NCBI GenBank assembly: GCA_964639175.1
Contig: CAZXCE010000001.1
Location: 2,188 to 66,187 of the forward strand
Length of the DNA: 64,000 bases
Reading direction: 5' to 3'
DNA from: an uncultured Clostridia bacterium
Lineage (GTDB): Bacteria; Acidobacteriota; Blastocatellia; Chloracidobacteriales; Chloracidobacteriaceae
Position 1 is the stretch's first letter. Every line of letters starts with the position of its first letter. Shown here in pieces: positions 18,177-27,646 of the stretch. The notes beneath the pieces were generated by a model. The model was given only the letters and a program-made list of their open reading frames with translations, did no database searches and was not told the DNA's origin. Position numbers and translations under genes: made by a program.

Positions 18177-19496
18177 GTGAGCACCAAATTGCCCGAAACA
18201 CCTGATATAGCGGAAATCAAACCGGCTCTCCAATCCGGCAAGCGAGGGTCCTGGGTCCTGTGGCTGTCGGTTCTGCTGCTGATGGCCATCGTAGTGACGG
18301 TCGCCTTCTGGCGGCGTTCACCGCTGGCCGTGGAAGAAACGCCTCCAGCGGCAGCGAACACCGGACGGGTCACCTTTCTGATGGAACAGCAATGGCTCAT
18401 CCGGATGAAGCTGGCCGTGGTGGAGGAAAAGACGGTGGCCCGCCAAATCACCGCCACCGGGCGGGTGGTGGCGACACCGGAACATCACGCCGTGGCGGCA
18501 CCGCCGGTGGAAGGCATCATCACCGGCTCGCAGGCGTTGCCCCGCGTCGGTCAAACCGTGGCCAAAGGGCAGCTCCTGGCCGTGTTGCAGCAGACCCCAA
18601 ATGTCGGTGACGCCGGGCAGATTGCCGCTGCCAACACTCAGGTGCGGATTGAAAACGCCCGTCTGGAAGCGGAACGCCGCCGGCTGGGCCAGTCCATCAA
18701 TGAAACCCAGGCCGGGCTGACCTTGGCTACCAGGGAATATGAACGGGCCAAAAAGCTCCATGAATTCGGGGTGGTTTCCTTGAGCGAGGTGCAAACAAAG
18801 GAAGCCGCGTTCAAGGAGGCGGAAGCGGATCACGCTGCGGCGCGGGAGCAATTGCAGGCGCTCAACGATTCGCCCCCCCTCAAACCCGCCGACGAGGTCA
18901 CCCGCTTTGAAATCCGGGCACCGCTCGCAGGCACCATCACAGCGGCCCACAAATCGTTGGGCGAGCATGTCGCGCCGGGCGAGCCACTCTTTGAAATTGT
19001 CAATCTCGATCAGGTCTGGGTGGAAGCCCCCATCTTTGAAAAAGACCTCGCCCGGCTGGTGAAAGGTAAACCCGCCGCCTTTTCCACCCTGGCCAATCCA
19101 GGTGTGGAATACAGCGGAAGCCTGGTTGACATCGGTTCGGTGATTGACGAGCGGCTGCGGGCGGCGACGGTGATTTTTGCGGTGCCCAATCCCCGGCACG
19201 AACTCCGCATCGGGATGCAGGCCAATGTCCGCCTGGACGCGGGGGAACCCCTTTCGGCGGCGCTGGTTCCCCGCGAGGCGGTGCTGGATCACGAAGGCAG
19301 GAAAATCGTCTATGTGCTGCTTTCAGGGGAAGAGTTTGAACGGCGCGAAGTCACCCTGGGGGATGAATACGGGGCGACGGTGGCCGTTTTTTCCGGGATC
19401 AAGCCGGGGGAACGGGTGGTCACGCAGGGCGCGTACCAACTGAAACTCCAGGAACTGCGACCGGCTAGCGCCGGAGCCCACACCCACGAAACCTAA
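18177..19496 (+). CDS. RND efflux periplasmic adaptor subunit
   Basis: GTG start, one TM helix, lipoyl/hairpin/beta-barrel pattern (RFEIRAPLAGTITAAHKSLGEHVAPGEPLFEIVNLDQVWVEA). Precedes an RND pump. Confidence 0.88.
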   Translation: MSTKLPETPDIAEIKPALQSGKRGSWVLWLSVLLLMAIVVTVAFWRRSPLAVEETPPAAANTGRVTFLMEQQWLIRMKLAVVEEKTVARQITATGRVVATPEHHAVAAPPVEGIITGSQALPRVGQTVAKGQLLAVLQQTPNVGDAGQIAAANTQVRIENARLEAERRRLGQSINETQAGLTLATREYERAKKLHEFGVVSLSEVQTKEAAFKEAEADHAAAREQLQALNDSPPLKPADEVTRFEIRAPLAGTITAAHKSLGEHVAPGEPLFEIVNLDQVWVEAPIFEKDLARLVKGKPAAFSTLANPGVEYSGSLVDIGSVIDERLRAATVIFAVPNPRHELRIGMQANVRLDAGEPLSAALVPREAVLDHEGRKIVYVLLSGEEFERREVTLGDEYGATVAVFSGIKPGERVVTQGAYQLKLQELRPASAGAHTHET

Positions 19497-19580
19497 AAAC
19501 AAGTGACGGGTGACAGGTAAACAGTGACAGTAAAAACTCCTGTCACTTGTCACGAACCGGCGGTCCCCAACCGAAATCCT

Positions 19581-22500
19581 ATGCTCAACAAAATTATTGA
19601 ATGGTCGCTTGGAAACCGGCTGCTGGTGATGGTCGCGGCCCTGGTGCTGCTGGTCTACGGCGGCGTGGTCGCGTTCCAGACCCAGGTGGACGTGTTTCCC
19701 GATCTGACCGCGCCCACCGTCACGATTCTCACCGAAAGCCACGGACTAGCCCCGGAGGAAGTGGAAGCGCTCGTTTCCCTGCCGATTGAAGCCGCCATGA
19801 ACGGCACCGCCGGCGTTTTCCGGGTGCGTTCCAATTCGGCCATCGGCATTTCGCTGGTGTTTGTGGAATTCCAGTTCGGCACCGACATCTATCGCGCCCG
19901 GCAACTGGTGACCGAAAAACTCCAGCAGGTGCGGTTGCCGGCGGGCGTGTCGCCACCGGCGCTGGGGCCGATTTCCTCCACTATGGGCGAAATCATGCTC
20001 ATCTCGATGACCAGCAAAACCACCACGCCGATGGACCTCCGCTCGCTGGCGGACTGGACCGTGCGCCCGCGGCTGCTGGGAGTAACCGGGGTGTCACAGG
20101 TGATGATCATCGGCGGTGAAACCAAGCAGTTCCAGGTGCTGGTGGACCCGGCCAAACTGGCCGATTACCGGCTCAGCCTGAAGGAAATCACGGAGGCGGT
20201 GCGGGCGGCCACCGCCAACGCGCCGGGTGGCTTTCTGGAGCGCCCGAACGAGGAATTCCTGATTCGGGGCCGCGCCCGGATTTACTCCCTGGACGATTTG
20301 GCGAACGCCGTGATTACGGTCCGCGACCGGGTTCCGGTGCTGGTCAAAAATGTGGCCACGGTCAAACTGGGAGCGGCTCTCAAGCGGGGTGACGGGAGCT
20401 TCAACGGTCACCCGGCGGTGGTGGCGACCATCCAGAAACAGCCGAACGCCAACACCCTGGAGGTTACCCACCAGATTGAAACCACCATGGCGAGTCTGAA
20501 GCCGACGCTCCCGTCCGATGTGACGATTGACACCAAAGCCTTTCAACAGGCCGATTTCATCAAGCGGGCGATTGGCAACGTGCAGCGGGCTTTGCTGGAA
20601 GGCGGCATCCTGGTGACGGTCATCCTGTTTCTGTTCCTGTGGAATTTCCGGACTACCTTCATCAGCCTGACGGCGATTCCGCTCTCGCTGCTCGCCGCGG
20701 TGCTGGCGATGAACTATTTCGGACTGAGCATCAACACCATGACGCTCGGGGGCCTGGCCATCGCCATCGGGGAACTGGTGGACGACGCCATCGTGGACGT
20801 GGAAAACGTGTTTCGGCGGCTGAAGCTGAATGCCCGGCTACTGCGTCCCGAGCCGGTCGTCCGGGTCATTTTCAACGCGTCGAGCGAAATCCGGAACTCG
20901 ATTGTGTTTGCGACCCTCATCATTGTGCTGGTGTTCATTCCGCTTTTCAGCCTGAGTGGGTTTGAAGGGCGGATGTTTGCCCCGCTTGCTTTCGCCTACA
21001 TCATCTCGATTCTGGCATCGCTGGTGGTGGCGCTGACGGTGACGCCGGTCCTCTGTTACTACCTGCTGACCCGCCCGGAACTGCTCCGCCACGAAGCCGA
21101 TTCGCGGCTGGTCGGGTGGCTCAAACGCCACTATGCCTGGCTGCTTGACTGGACGCTCCGGCACCCGTTCCAGATTGTCGGGGCTTCGGTCGTGATGCTC
21201 GTGGCGGCGCTGGCTCTCACCCCGCTCATGGGACGCGAGTTTCTGCCGCCGTTCAACGAAGGCACGTTCAATATCAACGTCAACCTGCCGCCGGGCACCT
21301 CGCTGGCCGAATCCAACCGGATGGGCAAATTGATTGAGGAACTGCTCCACCAGACGCCGGAAATCTTCTCCACCACCCGCCGCACCGGACGGGCCGAACT
21401 AGACGAACATGCCGCCGGCGTCAACACCAGTGAACTGGAAGTGGTGACCAAAGAGGGAAAACGACCGCACGCCGAGGTGATGGAGGAAATCCGCCAAAAC
21501 CTGAGCCGGATTCCCGGAGCTGCGGTTGAAGTCGGGCAGCCGATTTCCCACCGGATTGACCATTTGCTGTCGGGCACCAGGGCGCAGATTGCCATCAAGG
21601 TGTTTGGTCCCGACCTGGCCACCCTGCGTTCCAAGGCCGAGGAAGTCCGCGCCGCCATGGAAACTGTGCCGGGCATCGTGGATCTGCTGGTGGAGCCGCA
21701 GGTCGGCGTGCCGCAAGTGCAAATCAATCTCAACCGTCAGGCTGCGGCAGCCGTGGGGCTGAGTGCCGAGGGCTTGGCCGAAACGGTGGACACCGCCTTC
21801 AACGGCCATCTGGCAGCCCAGGTGCTGGAAGAACAGCGGACCTACGACGTGCTGGTGCGGCTCGACGACACGGCCCGACAATCGGTAACTACCATCAGCC
21901 AGACACTGATCGATGTGCCAACCGGCGCGAAAGTACCCATCAGCCAGGTGGCCGAAATCCGCACCGACCAGGGGCCGAACACCATCAACCGCGAGAACGT
22001 CCAGCGCCGGATTATCGTCCAGGCCAACGTTGCACAACGTGACCTGGGCAGCGTCATTGCCGACGTCAAAACCGCCATTGCCGGAAAGGTTTCCCTGCCG
22101 CAGGGCTACTATGTGCAGTACGGTGGGCAGTTTGAATCCCAGGAAAAAGCCGCGCGGCAGATCTTACTGCTCTCGCTGGTTTCGGTTGGAGGGATTTTTC
22201 TGCTCCTTTACCTGGCTTTGCAGTCCACCCGCGCGGCCTTGCTCGTGATGGCCAACCTGCCGCTGGCGCTCATCGGCGGCATTGTCATGGTCTTTCTGTC
22301 GGGTGGGACGCTCTCGGTTGCCTCGCTGGTTGGGTTCATCACACTCTTTGGCATTGCCACTCGCAACGGGATCATGCTCATCACCCATTATCTGCACCTG
22401 ATGCAGGAAGAGTCCGTCAATTTCCGGGAAGCCATCGTGCAAGGCTCCATGGAGCGGCTGAGTCCGATTCTCATGACGGCGCTGGTGACCGGCATCGGCC

Positions 22501-22724
22501 TGATTCCACTGGCGCTCGGGAAAGGCGAACCCGGCAAGGAAATCCAGCAGCCGATGGCGGTCGTCATCCTGGGCGGCATCGTCACCTCCACCTTTCTCAA
22601 CATGGTGGTGATCCCAGCCCTGTTTCTGAAATTCGGGCGGATGAAATCAGCGCCTTCGGAAGCACCCGGAAGAGATGACCGAATTGGCCACGGTGATCTT
22701 GTGCCGCACCCGGACATTCCCTGA
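19581..22724 (+). CDS. Heavy-metal efflux RND transporter (CusA/CzcA superfamily, AIG-DDA-VEN variant)
   Basis: I prefer the ATG at 19581 (MLNKIIEWSLGNRLLV), matching the N-termini of the other paralogs. TM4 is GGLAIAIGELVDDAIVDVENVFRRL. About 1047 aa. Confidence 0.92.
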   Translation: MLNKIIEWSLGNRLLVMVAALVLLVYGGVVAFQTQVDVFPDLTAPTVTILTESHGLAPEEVEALVSLPIEAAMNGTAGVFRVRSNSAIGISLVFVEFQFGTDIYRARQLVTEKLQQVRLPAGVSPPALGPISSTMGEIMLISMTSKTTTPMDLRSLADWTVRPRLLGVTGVSQVMIIGGETKQFQVLVDPAKLADYRLSLKEITEAVRAATANAPGGFLERPNEEFLIRGRARIYSLDDLANAVITVRDRVPVLVKNVATVKLGAALKRGDGSFNGHPAVVATIQKQPNANTLEVTHQIETTMASLKPTLPSDVTIDTKAFQQADFIKRAIGNVQRALLEGGILVTVILFLFLWNFRTTFISLTAIPLSLLAAVLAMNYFGLSINTMTLGGLAIAIGELVDDAIVDVENVFRRLKLNARLLRPEPVVRVIFNASSEIRNSIVFATLIIVLVFIPLFSLSGFEGRMFAPLAFAYIISILASLVVALTVTPVLCYYLLTRPELLRHEADSRLVGWLKRHYAWLLDWTLRHPFQIVGASVVMLVAALALTPLMGREFLPPFNEGTFNINVNLPPGTSLAESNRMGKLIEELLHQTPEIFSTTRRTGRAELDEHAAGVNTSELEVVTKEGKRPHAEVMEEIRQNLSRIPGAAVEVGQPISHRIDHLLSGTRAQIAIKVFGPDLATLRSKAEEVRAAMETVPGIVDLLVEPQVGVPQVQINLNRQAAAAVGLSAEGLAETVDTAFNGHLAAQVLEEQRTYDVLVRLDDTARQSVTTISQTLIDVPTGAKVPISQVAEIRTDQGPNTINRENVQRRIIVQANVAQRDLGSVIADVKTAIAGKVSLPQGYYVQYGGQFESQEKAARQILLLSLVSVGGIFLLLYLALQSTRAALLVMANLPLALIGGIVMVFLSGGTLSVASLVGFITLFGIATRNGIMLITHYLHLMQEESVNFREAIVQGSMERLSPILMTALVTGIGLIPLALGKGEPGKEIQQPMAVVILGGIVTSTFLNMVVIPALFLKFGRMKSAPSEAPGRDDRIGHGDLVPHPDIP

Positions 22725-22746
22725 ACCACAATTCCTCCACCGAACA

Positions 22747-22818
22747 CCGGTAGCTCCACATTAAACCGTGGAGGAAGAAACTTTTGAAAAAAGAAAGGTC
22801 CATCAGTACTCTGGTAAC
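22747..22818. repeat. Direct repeat copy B (~72 bp); partner at 8093-8163
   Basis: ccggtagctccacattaaaccgtggaggaagaaacttttgaaaaaagaaaggtccatcagtactctggtaac. Begins 23 nt after the RND stop codon. Confidence 0.75.
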
Positions 22819-22856
22819 GAACGAAACAGCCGTGATGGAAGCGTGATTCTGATATT

Positions 22857-23022
22857 TTGAAATGGGCTCTCCCACAATTTCGCTGATGTCTTACTTGTAA
22901 AACGTTGCTCCAAAAAGGCTTGTAGATTTTGGTACACTTCTTGATTTTCAAACTATAAGTAGCGTTGAATCAATGATTTACTTGCTAAATTATCAGCGAA
23001 ATTGCGAGAGAGCCCATTTCAA
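22857..23022. repeat. Inverted-repeat-bounded ~166-bp element (MITE-like or large hairpin)
   Basis: Arm 1 is 22857-22887 (ttgaaatgggctctcccacaatttcgctgat). Arm 2 is 22992-23022, whose reverse complement is ttgaaatgggctctctcgcaatttcgctgat. 29 of 31 positions match, with a 104-bp spacer. Confidence 0.65.
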
Positions 23023-23285
23023 GTTGCCAAAACCACAAGCCATGTTTGATTTGCGCTCTGTATTTCTCAATGGTGACTGGTCTCGCTATTGGACTTTCAT
23101 CGCTCTCAGGGAGATCTTCGGTTGTATGGTGTTTTACCTCAATCGGTCTCTGCTCCAAAAACTGAAAAGAGGCTGCTTGAGTTTTAACTCAAAGTAGCCA
23201 CGCCCTAAAGATCTTAGACCGCAAGAAATGTACCATATTTCTCCTCAAAAATAATAATCCCCAGTCAAGCTGAATTACTGAAAAG

Positions 23286-24665
23286 TCAGAGGCTCTGTTC
23301 TTCAATGCTGTACTTTTGCATTCGATAAATTAACGCACTTCGCGTCAGGTTTAAGTAGCGGGCAGTATGGGTTTGATTCCAATGATGTTTCTCCAGTGCC
23401 TGGAGGAGAATTTCACGTTCTACTTTCTCCAAATCGATCCCTCCTTCTGGTAATTGGATGGTCACTCTCCCAGCAGACGAGGCTTTTTTCATAATGTGTT
23501 CTGGGAGATCAACCAAAGTCAATGTATCACCATCACTGAGTACAATCATACTTTCAATGGTATTTCTGAGCTCGCGGACGTTACCAGGCCAATTATAAGA
23601 GCAAAAGTTACGCACAACTTCCTTTTCTACTTTCAACTCTGGCCGACAATAGTGTCTGGCAAGTTCATGTAAAAATAAATCTGCCAGTAATGGTATATCA
23701 TCCCGTCGTTCACGCAATGGAGGCAGATGAATTTGTACTACTTTTAACCGAAAATATAAGTCTTCACGAAACTCGCTATCTTCAATCATTTTTTCTAATG
23801 ATCGATTGGTCGCGGCAATGAATCTGATATCAACCCGGCGAGGAGTTGATTCCCCAACCCGATTAAATTCTCCATTTTGTAAAACTCTCAACAGCTTCAC
23901 TTGAAGTTGGAGAGGCAGTTCACCAACTTCATCTAAAAAAACCGTCCCACCATTCGCCATATCGAATGATCCTCGAGCATCGAAAATGGCACCTGTAAAT
24001 GATCCTTTTCGATGTCCAAATAGTTCAGATTCGAGGAGTCCTTCAGGAATCGCACCACAATTGATAGTAACAAAGGGTTGGTGATGGCGGCGACTGTTTT
24101 GGTGAATCGCTTTTGCAACCATCTCCTTACCGGTACCGCTTTCCCCAGTGATTAAAACTGTGGCATTCGTTCGAGCTACTTTTTCAACCGTAGCATATAC
24201 GCGTTGCATACTGGGTGATGACCCAATCATATTTGATATGGAAAATCGTTCTGTGACAAGCCGCTTCAATGAACGGTTTTCCTGCATCAAATCTTTGTAT
24301 TGCAATCCTTTACTAACAGCAAGAAGTAGCTCTTCGCGATTAAACGGTTTCGTAATGTAGTCATAAGCCCCAAGTTTCATGGCGGTGACTGCAGCCTCAA
24401 TTGTTCCATGAGCTGTAATGACAATGACAACTGCTTCATCATTGATGGTTCGAATTCGCTTGAGCAACTCGGTTCCATCCATTCCTGCCATCCGCACATC
24501 GGTGATGACGAGATCAATTGAATTTTCAGTGTATAGATTGAATGCCTCGGTTCCATCCTTAGCAATCAACACAGAATACCCCGCTTCAGATAAATGATGC
24601 TGAAGTACCCGCCTTAAACTCGCGTCATCATCAACAAGAAGAAGGTTTTTGGGGTTGATTTCCAT
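23286..24665 (-). CDS. Sigma-54-dependent response regulator (NtrC/ZraR type enhancer-binding protein)
   Basis: Receiver domain (LLVDDD...DVRMAGMDG). AAA+ domain with GESGTGKEMVAKAIH and the GAFTGA-type loop ESELFGHRKGSFTGA. C-terminal Fis-type HTH (TARYLNLTRSALIYRMQKY). Confidence 0.95.
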   Translation of the reverse strand: MEINPKNLLLVDDDASLRRVLQHHLSEAGYSVLIAKDGTEAFNLYTENSIDLVITDVRMAGMDGTELLKRIRTINDEAVVIVITAHGTIEAAVTAMKLGAYDYITKPFNREELLLAVSKGLQYKDLMQENRSLKRLVTERFSISNMIGSSPSMQRVYATVEKVARTNATVLITGESGTGKEMVAKAIHQNSRRHHQPFVTINCGAIPEGLLESELFGHRKGSFTGAIFDARGSFDMANGGTVFLDEVGELPLQLQVKLLRVLQNGEFNRVGESTPRRVDIRFIAATNRSLEKMIEDSEFREDLYFRLKVVQIHLPPLRERRDDIPLLADLFLHELARHYCRPELKVEKEVVRNFCSYNWPGNVRELRNTIESMIVLSDGDTLTLVDLPEHIMKKASSAGRVTIQLPEGGIDLEKVEREILLQALEKHHWNQTHTARYLNLTRSALIYRMQKYSIEEQSL

Positions 24666-24692
24666 AGAAGTTATACCTCACCACACGACAAA

Positions 24693-25850
24693 CTACATCG
24701 GGAATTGAACTCGAAAGGTAGTCCCTTTTCCAAATGTACTTTCAACCTCAATCTTTCCACCATTTTGGGTGACAAGTCGATGAGAAATCGCTAAGCCCAA
24801 TCCCGTACCTTTATCTTTCGTCGTCAGGAAAGGATTAAATATTTTGGGTTTCAATTCATCAGTCAAGCCAGGACCAGTATCAGTCACGCTGACTTCCAAA
24901 TATTTTTCAACGATGCGGGTTTGAATCGATAGTTCCCCACCATCAGGCATTGCGTCAATCCCATTCAAAACCAGGTTAATGAGAACTTGTTTGATTTGTT
25001 CTGAATCCAGGAGAATAAATGGTAAATTCTCCGTTAAATCAGTCCGAATCAAAACTTTTTGTTGTGATGCCTGTTGTAAGACCAGAAATATCACAGATTG
25101 AACCACTTCGTTGAGAAGGGCTGGGAGTTTTTCAGGAGGCCGTGGTCGGCCAAAATCGAGGAAATCACTCACCAGCCGATTAAGACGCGTGACTTCCGTT
25201 TGGATTATATGCAGGAATTCATATTGAGTATTTGATTTTGGTATCGTGGTTTCTAAAGCCTCAGTCGCACCACGAATTGCCCCCAATGGGTTACGGACTT
25301 CATGGACCAGGGCCAAAGCAAGCTGTCCAACGGTATTCATTCTTTCCGCCAAAACCAGTTGGTCAACTGCTTTTTGAAGATTGCTATACGCCACCTGGAG
25401 TTCGGCTGCTGTTTGGTCACTGCGTGATCGTTGTTTTCGTTCGGAGTTCGCCAAAAACCCTGTCACGATAGCAACAACCTGGAATAAAATCATCTCCGCA
25501 TACTGATTAAGGGCGTAGATATGATAATGATGCCAGTGAATATAGACGTGTGGGATATAAACAATAGCACTTCCAATTGATGTGGCGATTCCTCCTTGTA
25601 ATCCGTACCGATAAGCTGCATAAATAATTGGTAAATAATACAATCGCTGAAAAACTTCGTGCATTACCAGATATTCGGTGCTGGTGGCAAAGTGAAGCGC
25701 GGTGATAAGTGTGATGCTCAACCCAATAAAATATGCACCTCTTTGGTTTTTTTGAATTTCGGAATTCAGTTTTTTATCCAATGGTGATCCCTCTGTTATA
25801 AAATCCCCTTCAGTTTTTTTCTTGAACTCTGGATTGGATGTTTTTTTCAT
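24693..25850 (-). CDS. Membrane sensor histidine kinase
   Basis: N-terminal multi-TM region. H-box HEVRNPLGAI, N-box LVLNGIDAM, DTGPGL, GTGLGLAI. Confidence 0.9.
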   Translation of the reverse strand: MKKTSNPEFKKKTEGDFITEGSPLDKKLNSEIQKNQRGAYFIGLSITLITALHFATSTEYLVMHEVFQRLYYLPIIYAAYRYGLQGGIATSIGSAIVYIPHVYIHWHHYHIYALNQYAEMILFQVVAIVTGFLANSERKQRSRSDQTAAELQVAYSNLQKAVDQLVLAERMNTVGQLALALVHEVRNPLGAIRGATEALETTIPKSNTQYEFLHIIQTEVTRLNRLVSDFLDFGRPRPPEKLPALLNEVVQSVIFLVLQQASQQKVLIRTDLTENLPFILLDSEQIKQVLINLVLNGIDAMPDGGELSIQTRIVEKYLEVSVTDTGPGLTDELKPKIFNPFLTTKDKGTGLGLAISHRLVTQNGGKIEVESTFGKGTTFRVQFPM

Positions 25851-26577
25851 TGGACATTCCTTGTTTTACCTTTGATGGGTACTTACTTGGGTAAATATGC
25901 TCCCAAAGATATTCACTTGCTGCCAGAGGAAAATCTTCCTTTAGTTGAAAATTGTAGGCTCGTGTAGGTCCTCCAAATTGATCTTCATAACTGGTTAGTG
26001 AAAGTGAGTAACGTGTTGGGTGGCTAAAATCTTGAATATCAGAAAATTTCCATAAGCGTGAGCTGTTTGGTTGCCTCAACGATTCGTACAGGATGTGGTG
26101 GCTAAAGATTTTAAGTACTCCCTCACACCCGCCAAACAAGTGCAAATGCTTGACGGGAACACTAAAGGCAGGTAATTCACCAGAGGAGGGAAAAATACTT
26201 GTTACCAGTAGACGACTGGTTTTTTCTTCAAGAAAGGCACTCATTTCAGAAGTAATTGTCTTGTTTAGCAAATGGAATCTGAAAATTCTGTCGCGTCCAA
26301 GCAACCTTCTTTGATCTTCATAGGTTGCCAACTCAATCTCTGTTGGTGAGGCGATTTTAATTTGCCAGAGATCCATAAATAACCACCTACGAGCATCTTT
26401 CTTTTCTTTTGGGTCAGATGTACGGTATTCAATACCCTGTGATGAAATGATAAGGGTACCTCGTCGGTTTTTGAGCGTGTGTATATGCTCAACAGGAAAC
26501 TCAAAATGTGCCTCCTGAGCCTGGATTGGCCAGGTAAGAAATAAATGTGTAACGATCAAGAAAATCCACTTTTTCAT
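25810..26577 (-). CDS. Secreted protein with two tandem homologous ~100-aa repeats (PH/GRAM-like guess)
   Basis: Signal peptide MKKWIFLIVTHLFLTWPIQAQ. Internal duplication: FPVEHIHTLKNRRGTLIISSQGIEY...ATYEDQ versus FSVPVKHLHLFGGCEGVLKIFSHHILY...TSYEDQ. Confidence 0.6.
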   Translation of the reverse strand: MKKWIFLIVTHLFLTWPIQAQEAHFEFPVEHIHTLKNRRGTLIISSQGIEYRTSDPKEKKDARRWLFMDLWQIKIASPTEIELATYEDQRRLLGRDRIFRFHLLNKTITSEMSAFLEEKTSRLLVTSIFPSSGELPAFSVPVKHLHLFGGCEGVLKIFSHHILYESLRQPNSSRLWKFSDIQDFSHPTRYSLSLTSYEDQFGGPTRAYNFQLKEDFPLAASEYLWEHIYPSKYPSKVKQGMSNEKNIQSRVQEKN

Positions 26578-26578
26578 A

Positions 26579-27646
26579 TTACCTACCTTTCTTCAGGTTT
26601 CTTTTTTTAATTGCTGGCGTGGTGTAGGTGGGTCCAATTGGAGAAAAACTGGTTGCTCCAAGTACTTCTTTTCCGAGAGTGATGGCACCCAACACAGATG
26701 GAACATAGTTTGCCGTCTCGCGTGGCAACAGACCACGCTCTCTCATCAACCAGAAATCTTTGATTCCAGTGCGTTTCATGATACGGAGGACACGATGTTC
26801 TCCAGTGTTGTAAGCCGCCAATGCCAGATGCCAGTCACCAAAAAGTTGATATAAATCTCGTAAGTACCTGGCAGCCGCCCGAGTCGATTTCTCTGGATCG
26901 TGGCGTTCGTCAAGTTTGCCGACTTGTCTCAATCCGTAACGCTCCCCTGTGGTTTGAATAAATTGCCAGATTCCTTCAGCACCTGCGCCAGATCGGGCAT
27001 AGGGATTATAGGCACTCTCTATCAAACCGACAAAAATCAACTCTTCTGGAATACCTTCCTCCCGGAAAATCTGGCGCATCATGGTTTCGTACCCTTTCAG
27101 TCGAGAGAGAGCAACTTTGAGGGTGGTAGAACCTTGACCTTTGAAATAAGAAACCACCTGGATGATTGGCCATTGACGAAGGCCAACGCCTCCAATGACT
27201 GGTTGAGGAACTGCAGCTATAACTCTTTTTAATTCACTAACGTGGCGGGAGAGTTCGAGGAAATAGCTGTGAATATTCGGTTCGTAGAATGCATCTTCAT
27301 CTGCTTCAATCAGAATTTGTTGCCCCTTTTTAAAAGCCACCTCAGCCGCTTCGTGTTTGCCCTGTTGAAGAAAGACCTCACCATCCTTGAAAGAGGCTTG
27401 CGCCTGTATGAGCAACTTTGAAAGTTGTGCTTTTCGGGTCACTTTCTGATTGAGATTTTCCAGCATGACTTCAACCGAAGGGGGGAAACCGGTTTGAGTG
27501 ATCTGGATGGGAGGTTGATCTGTTGTGGGGTGTTCTTGCCGCAATTGGGCCTGACACCCCGCCGATCCCCACAAAATCAGAAGACACGAGGTTATGATCT
27601 GATAGCCACAAAGTGAAGAAGCAAAATTTTTTTCAAGGTATTTCAT
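26579..27646 (-). CDS. Lytic transglycosylase (SLT domain) with an N-terminal helical region
   Basis: GLIESAYNPYARSGAGAEGIWQFIQTTGERYGL and AAYNTGEHRV match the SLT catalytic-Glu and AYNxG motifs. Confidence 0.85.
   Translation of the reverse strand: MKYLEKNFASSLCGYQIITSCLLILWGSAGCQAQLRQEHPTTDQPPIQITQTGFPPSVEVMLENLNQKVTRKAQLSKLLIQAQASFKDGEVFLQQGKHEAAEVAFKKGQQILIEADEDAFYEPNIHSYFLELSRHVSELKRVIAAVPQPVIGGVGLRQWPIIQVVSYFKGQGSTTLKVALSRLKGYETMMRQIFREEGIPEELIFVGLIESAYNPYARSGAGAEGIWQFIQTTGERYGLRQVGKLDERHDPEKSTRAAARYLRDLYQLFGDWHLALAAYNTGEHRVLRIMKRTGIKDFWLMRERGLLPRETANYVPSVLGAITLGKEVLGATSFSPIGPTYTTPAIKKRNLKKGR

Noticed and set aside
18318-19292. 324-aa ORF antisense to the RND adaptor gene
   Set aside because: Same reasoning: it sits opposite a clear membrane-fusion-protein gene, has a low-complexity Arg/Gly/His-rich translation, and has no RBS or motif.
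19501-19560. Cluster of gtgaca/tgtcac repeats (gtgacag-N9-ctgtcac) between the adaptor and RND genes, considered as an operator or processing hairpin
   Set aside because: The stem is only 7 bp and lies within a short intercistronic spacer. It may influence mRNA stability, but the evidence is too thin.
20838-22037. Several 170-212-aa minus-strand ORFs inside the second RND gene
   Set aside because: They are antisense to a 1047-aa transporter with strong family motifs. They arise from the scarcity of stop codons in GC-rich DNA.
22388-22951. 187-aa minus-strand ORF spanning direct repeat B and running into the RND 3' end; a similar 85-aa ORF lies at 7928-8185 over repeat A
   Set aside because: Both begin in intergenic DNA and run antisense into real genes. 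Only a 15-aa stretch (STDGPFFFQ[R/K]FLPPR) is shared, so at most they are relics of an old coding sequence and not live genes. Short GTG-initiated plus-strand ORFs (~30 aa) inside both repeats were also considered but are unsupported.
22973-23197. 74-aa ORF downstream of the inverted-repeat element
   Set aside because: It starts inside the inverted-repeat arm, has no RBS, and is AT-rich with hydrophobic/odd composition. I treat it as noncoding.
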